From the NCBI GenBank assembly GCA_032718475.1, contig JAUCBJ010002477.1:1-35786 (forward strand): a stretch of DNA of 35,786 nucleotides. Reading direction: 5' to 3'. Positions 34,677 to 35,786 of this stretch are shown here, one piece after another. This stretch comes from Nemertoderma westbladi (taxonomy: Eukaryota; Animalia; Xenacoelomorpha). The position numbers and the translations under genes were made by a program. Within the stretch, counting starts at the first letter, position 1; every line of letters starts with the position of its first letter. Under the pieces are notes generated by a model. That model was not told the origin of the DNA. It was given only the letters and a program-made list of their open reading frames with translations, and made no database searches.

Positions 34677-35786
34677 ATCTTTGAATTTTAACCGGTCAGC
34701 CGGTGACTCTGCGAATAGCTGAATATTTTTTTTCGAGTTTTACTTTCACAGTTTCAGGTTTCAATTTGTAAGCAGGTAAGATCTAACATTTTCTAAGAAT
34801 AGGCCTATCTCAGTATCTTCCTTCACTCTCTGACTCTCACCGGAATGTAAATAGGTACCGGTAAGGGTAAGCTAATCCTGTACTGTATCGCTGTATCTGC
34901 TATGCTAATGCTGTAATGCTGTGTTCTGGTGTTAATGTTCACTTTCAGGTACCATTAGAATCGCATTAGGCGAATCTGCACTCTGGCTCTGCTGCTGTGC
35001 TGCGCCAAATGCTGAAATGCCCCACCCCAACACAGCAACACCTGTCTGCAGCTTTTGTTCTAGCTCCACTTTAATTTGTTTGTTTTAAACCAGTGAAATT
35101 TTCTAACTAACTGTTAAGGCATTTAAAAATAAAATTAATTAACATCGCATCAATATCATAATAATATCACATTGATGATCATATCATAATCCTGGATTTG
35201 TTTTTAAGCGTTGCTATGACAATGATGGTATTCGAGAACCACATCATGTTTTATACCAAAGTCTAAGTTTTTATTCTGGCTTTCAATTAGAACCAAAATG
35301 TACAATTTTCGTCAAAGTGCAGGAGAGTTATTAAAGAATGAAACCTTACATATTCTGGCAAACACCCTGTATTAGCTTGCCCAAACTGGCAAGTTAATGT
35401 ATGTTCGCTTGCTCAAATTGGCACGTTCTGTAATGTATTTATTTGGTTTTGATTTATTATGTTCAATTGTGCTTTGCAGTTTAATTTGAGTGCATTATTT
35501 AGGTTTTCAATTGAACTACCGTTAGGTGTTTCATGATTTATGTAACCATAAATGCAACAGGAAACTGCTATTTTACAAAATCTTTACGTTTTAGGAAAGC
35601 GGCCTCTTTTACTTTCCTGCAATGGGCCCAGGCGCGGTACTCTACTCCACCGTCTATTTTCATAAGTCCCCATCTGTACACAATATTTATATCACCATCT
35701 TTAATTGTACGAAGCTGCCCAGAAGGCCTCTTACTTGGGACTTTCTGGGCCTCACCATAATACATGGTTAACACGACGACGTACAG

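Noticed and set aside
34735-34960. Plus-strand splice-like signals (TTTCAG, GTAAG) suggesting a gene divergent from ANKRD49 (MRE11 in vertebrates)
   Set aside because: No coding exon was recognised in the window; the motifs alone are insufficient.
35520-35786. Minus-strand 68-aa ORF at the window edge
   Set aside because: Interrupted by stops, truncated by the window end, and no family could be assigned.

Overview
AT-rich eukaryotic DNA, most likely from an invertebrate animal (inferred from TMEM26- and ANKRD49-like genes and animal-type transposons). Three apparently intact, intronless genes (DHFR, a divergent AGC-family kinase, ANKRD49-like) and a TMEM26-like first exon sit in a dense, nested field of decayed mobile elements. 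These include LTR-retrotransposon 3' ends, two of them carrying a triple zinc-knuckle ORF; IS3EU-type DNA transposons (one bounded by TIRs and a 6-bp TSD, another probably carrying a HECT-like ORF); a Merlin and a Tc1/mariner element; RTE-like LINE 5' ends with a highly structured 5' UTR; a hammerhead-like motif; and many MITE/foldback repeats. The most striking observation is at 18.6-19.3 kb. There the 3' end of a CRE-clade (restriction-like endonuclease) non-LTR retrotransposon is fused, exactly at its stop codon, to the last 38 codons and 3' UTR of an alpha-tubulin gene. This could point to a retrotransposon that targets or has co-opted alpha-tubulin. All family assignments are by-eye motif recognition; no database searches were run.
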